Assembly: GCA_964016885.1 (NCBI GenBank)
Contig: OZ024743.1
Coordinates: forward strand, 313,534,001 to 313,598,000
Length of the DNA stretch: 64,000 bases
From: Eledone cirrhosa
Taxonomy: Eukaryota
Reading direction: 5' to 3'
Part shown: positions 63,541 to 64,000 of the stretch, one piece after another
Position numbering within the stretch: the first letter of the stretch is position 1
How the letters are laid out: each line of letters opens with the position of its first letter
The notes under the pieces: generated by a model
Told to the model about the DNA's origin: nothing
The model's input: the letters and a program-made list of their open reading frames with translations, nothing else
Databases searched by the model: none
Made by a program: the position numbers and the translations under genes

Positions 63541-64000
63541 TCTATATATATAAAACTGATGATGTCTGTCTGTGTGTGGGTGTGAGTTTGAATCCCTAAA
63601 ACTAGAGAAGTACCCAACCGACTGTATTCAAACTTTACACATGTAATACTTATGTTTCAGGGAGTGTTCTGCGCAAAGAAAATTCAAATTTTCAATTCCC
63701 TAGGGACAGCATTAGGCGATTGGATTCTTAGTCTTTCTCTTTTTAGATAGATATCAACATCGCGCATATAACATCGCGCACTTATAATATCTGTCTGTAT
63801 GTATGGCTGTCTGCATTACGTCTCTTCCTACAATTCGTTCTGCGTCCAGAACGCGCCCTTATAAAATTTGTCTGTATGTCTGGCTGTCTGCTGCCTCCGG
63901 TTATTCCGCCACCCTTGCTCAAGACAAATCTCACACTCATTCCCCAAACAGTTGGTAAGTGCACACAACTTCTTCCTCACGTTTTAAGCCACACTGTTAC

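Overview
AT-rich, microsatellite-saturated eukaryotic DNA with no recognisable host protein-coding exon. Nearly all short ORFs in the track are translations of (TA)n, (CA)n, (TAG)n and similar repeats. The SINE repertoire resembles that of Octopus/coleoid cephalopods (inference from recognised motifs, not a database result). Main contents: two Tx1-like (L1 group) non-LTR retrotransposons, both inserted in TA/TC/TATC microsatellites (near-full-length + copy 38660-44314; 5'-truncated - copy 12596-17410); a decayed autonomous Helitron (Rep/PIF1, ~28060-32694) and several non-autonomous Helitrons; a Penelope-like (PLE) GIY-YIG fragment; a decayed R4/Dong-like LINE; RTE pieces; and about 25-30 tRNA-derived SINEs, some in head-to-tail chains. 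The most notable signal is non-coding. Many small elements sit inside (TA)n tracts as long palindromes or circularly permuted monomers with terminal direct repeats. About ten of them, from different sequence families, carry hand-parsable type I hammerhead ribozyme motifs, several with the compensatory U3-A8 core and a loop-less palindromic stem III. One monomer carries a complete tRNA-like cloverleaf. This looks like a diverse retrozyme-like/PLE-dependent ribozyme element community. All structures were parsed by eye; no activity is shown.
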